Shown here: positions 60,783 through 64,000 of the stretch, one piece after another
How positions within the stretch are numbered: the stretch's first letter is position 1
Layout of the letters: each line of letters begins with the position of its first letter
DNA from: an uncultured Pseudomonadota bacterium
GTDB lineage: Bacteria; Pseudomonadota; Alphaproteobacteria; RF32; CAG-239
Assembly: GCA_902761535.1 (NCBI GenBank)
Contig: CACWKS010000002.1
Span: 142,418-206,417, forward strand
Length of the DNA: 64,000 bases
Direction: 5' to 3'
Program-made: the position numbers and the translations under genes
The notes under the pieces: model-generated
Seen by the model: only the letters and a program-made list of their open reading frames with translations
The model's database searches: none
Told to the model about the DNA's origin: nothing

Positions 60783-60811
60783 TTGACTGCGGAAAAATTT
60801 AATGTATATAT
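60783..60811 (+). promoter_or_regulatory. Candidate sigma70 promoter for the tRNA-Cys/tRNA-Asn pair
   Basis: TTGACT, then a 16-17 nt spacer, then TATATAT. It lies about 35 nt upstream of tRNA-Cys. Confidence 0.45.
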
Positions 60812-60844
60812 GTCATTACCGATTGAGAGAACGGTAACCCGAAT

Positions 60845-60919
60845 GGCCGGTTGGCAGAGTGGCTCATGCAGAGGACTGCAAATCCTTGTACATCGGTTCA
60901 ATTCCGGTACCGGCCTCCA
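60845..60919 (+). tRNA. tRNA-Cys (anticodon GCA), CCA encoded
   Basis: Cloverleaf read by eye. Acceptor ggccggt/accggcc. Anticodon loop ct-GCA-aa. T-arm ggttcaattcc. Coordinates are +/-1. Confidence 0.8.
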
Positions 60920-60933
60920 GATTTTTACCGTAT

Positions 60934-61008
60934 TCCGGCTTAGCTCAGCGGTAGAGCAATCGGCTGTTAACCGATTGGTCGCCTGTTCGAATCAGGCAGC
61001 CGGAGCCA
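60934..61008 (+). tRNA. tRNA-Asn (anticodon GTT), CCA encoded
   Basis: Acceptor tccggct/agccgga. D-arm agctcagcggtagagc. Anticodon loop ct-GTT-aa. T-arm cctgttcgaatcagg. Confidence 0.8.
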
Positions 61009-61041
61009 ATAAAAAAATACTCACCCTTGTGGTGAGTATTT
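61009..61041 (+). terminator. Rho-independent terminator after tRNA-Asn
   Basis: tactcacc-cttg-tggtgagta hairpin followed by a T7 run. Confidence 0.7.
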
Positions 61042-61074
61042 TTTTATGTCCCGTCTATCTGATGCGGATAGGCG

Positions 61075-61195
61075 AGCAAAGGGAGCCTGTTTGACCGGAG
61101 GTCGGCTTTTGTATAAGTAAAAGCCGGACGAACGGCGGCTTTAGCCCATCAGGCAGCCGTCCTTATTTTACTCACCCTTGTGGTATTTTTTATGC
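61075..61195 (+). repeat. Degenerate second copy of the tRNA-Asn T-arm / 3' end / terminator, with a ~60-bp hairpin element inserted at the T-loop
   Basis: gcctgtt + [tgaccggaggtcggcttttgtataagtaaaagccggacgaacggcggctttagccc] + atcaggcagccg-tcc + ttattttactcacccttgtggtattttt. The element core is a hairpin (gtcggcttttg...aaaagccggac). Confidence 0.6.
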
Positions 61196-61558
61196 TATTT
61201 ACTTGCTTGTTTTATTGTAAAAACACAATTAACACACAGAATAAAGCTAGTCAATTTGATATTTTAATATTATTGTAATAATACAATATATGCATTCAAT
61301 TATTACCGCCAATATTGAGAATATCTTAAATCCCTTGAATAATACCTTAAATCAAGGTATGCAGTATGCTCAAAATACTTTAATCAATGTAAAAAACGAT
61401 GCCGTACAATTACCTTAGCGAAGGAGCCGGTGCTGTAAATAATTATCTTAATAATCTTGTAAAAAATCAAAATGGACGATACTATATCAATTACGATGGA
61501 ATATCCGATAATAGATTATCGGATATGTTTAAACGGATTGAAACAAGGTTGCGTAATT

Positions 61559-62191
61559 TTGAAAAATAAACTTTTTTTAATATTGTTTACAGTCTTTTCT
61601 TGCGGTAAAGTTTACGCTTTGCCGCAAGATTGGCCATGTAAGGATTTTGTGCTTAATGAGTACCAAAGAATAGAAAATGGTGAGTTTACCATAAATAGCA
61701 TATACCGCGGGCAAGATAATGACTATGCTTTGGAAGTAAATATGTATTGGCAAGCGGAAAAGGGAATTGCCGATTGTGGAACATCCGGTTGTTTAGGAAC
61801 GATTAAAAATACCAAAACCGGAAAAGTGGAAAGTTTAAGGTTCTTTTGCGAAATTTTAGAAGATAAAAAATATGACAAAGCTAAGTGTTATATCGGCGGT
61901 ATTTATGAATATATTTTTAATTCGGATGAAAAAGGAAATTATATTGTTCATTATTGTCCGGATGATATGCAAAAAACTTTGCGCTTTAATAAAAGCAATT
62001 GCGATAAATGCCATTGTACAATGTATAAGTATGATAGAAAGATAAAGGATAAAAACAGTCATTATGAAATGGCTTGTAAAAAAGAGGAAAACAAAGCACA
62101 TTGTTTTAATTATTACGAATATGAAGTTTGGCGTAATTTTGAAAATGCTGATAATGACTATCAAAATTGTGTAGGACTAGATTTTTATTAG
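61559..62191 (+). CDS. Secreted cysteine-rich hypothetical protein
   Basis: The ORF track starts at 61472; the likely start is a TTG at about 61559, giving signal peptide LKNKLFLILFTVFSCGKVYA. The mature part has 14 Cys, including CDKCHC. Confidence 0.5.
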   Translation: MKNKLFLILFTVFSCGKVYALPQDWPCKDFVLNEYQRIENGEFTINSIYRGQDNDYALEVNMYWQAEKGIADCGTSGCLGTIKNTKTGKVESLRFFCEILEDKKYDKAKCYIGGIYEYIFNSDEKGNYIVHYCPDDMQKTLRFNKSNCDKCHCTMYKYDRKIKDKNSHYEMACKKEENKAHCFNYYEYEVWRNFENADNDYQNCVGLDFY

Positions 62192-62262
62192 CTGAATATT
62201 CTAAGAGTGCTCAACATAAAGCAGCCCCGCAAATTGTAAACAAAAACGGTATAGACAGTTAA

Positions 62263-62395
62263 ACAATTGGTCGCCTGTTTGACTGGAGGTCGGCTTTTGC
62301 GGCTGTAAAAGCCGGACGAACGGCGGCTTTATCCCGTCCGGTAGCCGGAGCCAATAAAAAAATACTCACCCTTGTGGTGAGTATTTTTTTAGTCG
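62263..62395 (+). repeat. Third copy of the tRNA-Asn 3' half (intact acceptor end and terminator), interrupted at the same T-loop position by the same hairpin element
   Basis: ttggtcgcctgtt + [tgactggaggtcggcttttgcggctgtaaaagccggacgaacggcggctttatcccgtccggt] + agccggagccaataaaaaaatactcacccttgtggtgagtattttttt. The segment after the insertion is identical to the 3' end of the real tRNA-Asn plus its terminator. Confidence 0.65.
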
Positions 62396-62877
62396 TCGTA
62401 AGACGGAATGTGTTTTACCAGAAATTCCGGAGACCATACGCCGGTATACCAACCTTTTTTGTAATAAAAGGTAATCACCTTTAGATGACCTTCGTCGTCG
62501 TGGATTTTCTTATCCAACGATTTAAGGCTGAAATACACAGCCATATACCCAACAGCCGCGACAACACACATCGCAAGCAAGATCATGCAAGGAATCATGT
62601 TATCTTGCACCATCTGCAAAAAGGCGTAGATCAAACCCAAAACAACAAGAAACATCAAAATTATGGCACTTTCCCATGCCTTATGCATGCGGTCTTGGTG
62701 CTTGACATAGGCTTTTGCCGTCTCCTCATCTTCGGCAAAGATAACAAAAACCATTCGGCTGAAAAAACCGAATCTCGCCGTTATTACACCATTAAGTCCT
62801 GCCTCATCGGGGCTCACATTAAACTGACGAGAAAAGATACGTATTGCCTTCTCTCTTAATTCTTCATTATTTTTCAT
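62389..62877 (-). CDS. Hypothetical membrane protein (two central transmembrane helices)
   Basis: 162-aa ORF with two hydrophobic helices at residues 85-130. Its stop lies next to the bidirectional terminator in the repeat above. Confidence 0.45.
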   Translation of the reverse strand: MKNNEELREKAIRIFSRQFNVSPDEAGLNGVITARFGFFSRMVFVIFAEDEETAKAYVKHQDRMHKAWESAIILMFLVVLGLIYAFLQMVQDNMIPCMILLAMCVVAAVGYMAVYFSLKSLDKKIHDDEGHLKVITFYYKKGWYTGVWSPEFLVKHIPSYDD

Positions 62878-63029
62878 AGATAATAAATTTAATTGTTTAA
62901 CATAATAATTTTAATTGTGCGGCAAACTAACATAGAAATTAAATTTTTGCAAGTTTTTTATTGCTTTTAAATTTTACGCTTTTATACTTATTACTGTTGG
63001 AATAGCCCAAATTCTGACAGGGATGTGAC

Positions 63030-63197
63030 AGTCCTAATCGACGTGGGCAATAAAACTTTCGGTTTATTGAAAGTCTTTTGTTAATGGGCATCTGCCTATA
63101 CGGTGGATGTCAGCGATATAAGGCTTGCTCGAATAAGCTGGACTATTCATCATGTCGATTATAGTGTCAACATCCACCGCCCTCGTGCGGTGTTTTT
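63030..63197 (+). promoter_or_regulatory. Structured 5' leader / candidate riboregulator (attenuator-like, with mutually exclusive stems) upstream of the YoqJ-like gene
   Basis: 8-bp long-range pairing taatcgac (63034-41) with gtcgatta (63155-62). 10-bp pairing cggtggatgt (63101-10) with acatccaccg (63169-78). That second stem shares ccaccg with a terminator hairpin accgc-cctcgt-gcggt followed by tgttttt (63174-63196). An RBS gaaaggaagg follows. GC is locally elevated. Confidence 0.4.
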
Positions 63198-63662
63198 GTG
63201 TGGGCAGAAAGGAAGGTTGATTTGAGCAAAATTTGTGCCTTTTTCGGACACCGCGATACTCCTTATTCTGTTGAGCTTGAAAACCGACTTGAACAAACCG
63301 TTCGTCAACTTATTGCCGAAGGATATGATGAGTTTTGGTGTTGTGAACAGGGAACTTTTGACTGGATGGCGCGTAGTATTATGCTCAAATTAAAAAAAGA
63401 ATTTAATTATATAACAATATGTTATATTTGTGCTTACCGTTGTTCTGCAAGCAAGTTTAAATGGTTGGAAGAGCATTTTGATATAATATATCCTGACGAA
63501 GTCGCCCAATGCCCGCCTAAATCAGCCATTCTACGCCGTAATTGATATATTGCCGAAAATGTTGATGCTGTTATATGCTATATCACTCACAATTCCGGCG
63601 GTGCCTATCAAGCTATGCAATTTGCCACCCGAAAAGGCAAAATTATAATCAACCTGTACTAA
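63198..63662 (+). pseudogene. YoqJ/DUF1273 (SLOG-superfamily) gene interrupted by an in-frame TGA at 63543
   Basis: N-terminal part ...KICAFFGHRDTP...EGYDEFWCCEQGTFDWMARS... ends at TGA. The same frame then continues as YIAENVDAVICYITHNSGGAYQAMQFATRKGKIIINLY* to about 63662, which matches the conserved YoqJ C-terminus. The likely start is a TTG at about 63222 or a GTG at 63198. Confidence 0.55.
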
Positions 63663-63910
63663 ATTTTATTTTATTCGAAACTATTGTAAAATAGGTTTAC
63701 ATCCTTCCGATTCGTTTAAAAAAATACCAATTTTAAGTGTATTTAATGGTCATATGAGCTAAAATTCCCTTAAATTAGGGAAAAATATACACAAAAATGC
63801 ATTTTTATTCACATTTTATTTGACTCTTATATATTATATACTTCAAAATCAACTGCGAAGGCCACGCTTAATGCGCCTCCTTGTTAAAATAACCATGAAA
63901 GGAAAATTAA

Positions 63911-64000
63911 AATGAACAAAACAGAATATTTAGATGCAGTTGCTAAAGCTGCCGGTGTTTCTAAAGCTCAAGCTTCCAAAATTTTGGCTGCTGAAATTGC
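63911..64000 (+). CDS. hup: DNA-binding protein HU (N-terminal 30 aa; the gene continues past the window end)
   Basis: MNKTEYLDAVAKAAGVSKAQASKILAAEI is a canonical HU/IHF N-terminus. Confidence 0.8.

Noticed and set aside
63543-63545. TGA read as Trp (genetic code 4), as in some reduced alphaproteobacterial symbionts
   Set aside because: All long conserved genes in the window (mfd, recG, lepA, glyA, murF, rnf and others) are intact under the standard code with no internal TGA, and several end in TGA. Recoding is therefore not supported; an isolated nonsense mutation or a sequencing error is more likely.

Overview
This window looks like it comes from a low-GC alphaproteobacterium, plausibly an intracellular symbiont or pathogen of the Rickettsiales/Holosporales kind. 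The alphaproteobacterial call rests on a ChpT-like histidine phosphotransferase and on the housekeeping gene content; Rickettsia-like LepA residues are consistent with this but are not independent evidence. Core genes read cleanly in the standard genetic code. They include recG and mfd (divergent), fabF-fabD, dsbD, and an apbE-rseC-rnfBCDGEA electron-transport operon. Further on are lepA, trmFO, an M16 peptidase, rnhA, rpe, tgt, def, nusB, nrdR, murF, glyA, rpiB, tRNA-Cys, tRNA-Asn and the start of an HU gene. Accessory material sits between these genes. The most notable item is a 1883-aa secreted protein made of dozens of 4-cysteine EGF-like modules. It is followed immediately by a 1.3-kb thicket of hairpin (palindromic) repeat elements that encloses a small GIY-YIG/URI endonuclease gene. 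This may be a REP/RAYT-like 'nuclease plus repeats' arrangement, but with a GIY-YIG enzyme. A Schlafen/AlbA_2-like protein is translationally coupled to RNase HI. There are two adjacent paralogues that each carry an RpoA alpha-CTD-like HhH tail. GC-rich islets suggest horizontally acquired genes: a two-gene pair at 7.8-8.6 kb and a WG-repeat lipoprotein at 58.3-58.9 kb. The tRNA-Asn locus carries two extra degenerate copies of the tRNA 3' end, each interrupted at the same T-loop position by a ~60-bp hairpin element, and these bracket a cysteine-rich secreted-protein gene. A structured leader with mutually exclusive stems precedes a YoqJ/DUF1273 gene that is broken by an in-frame TGA. Everything here is read by eye from the sequence and the ORF track; no database searches were run. 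Coordinates I derived by hand may be off by 1-2 nt.
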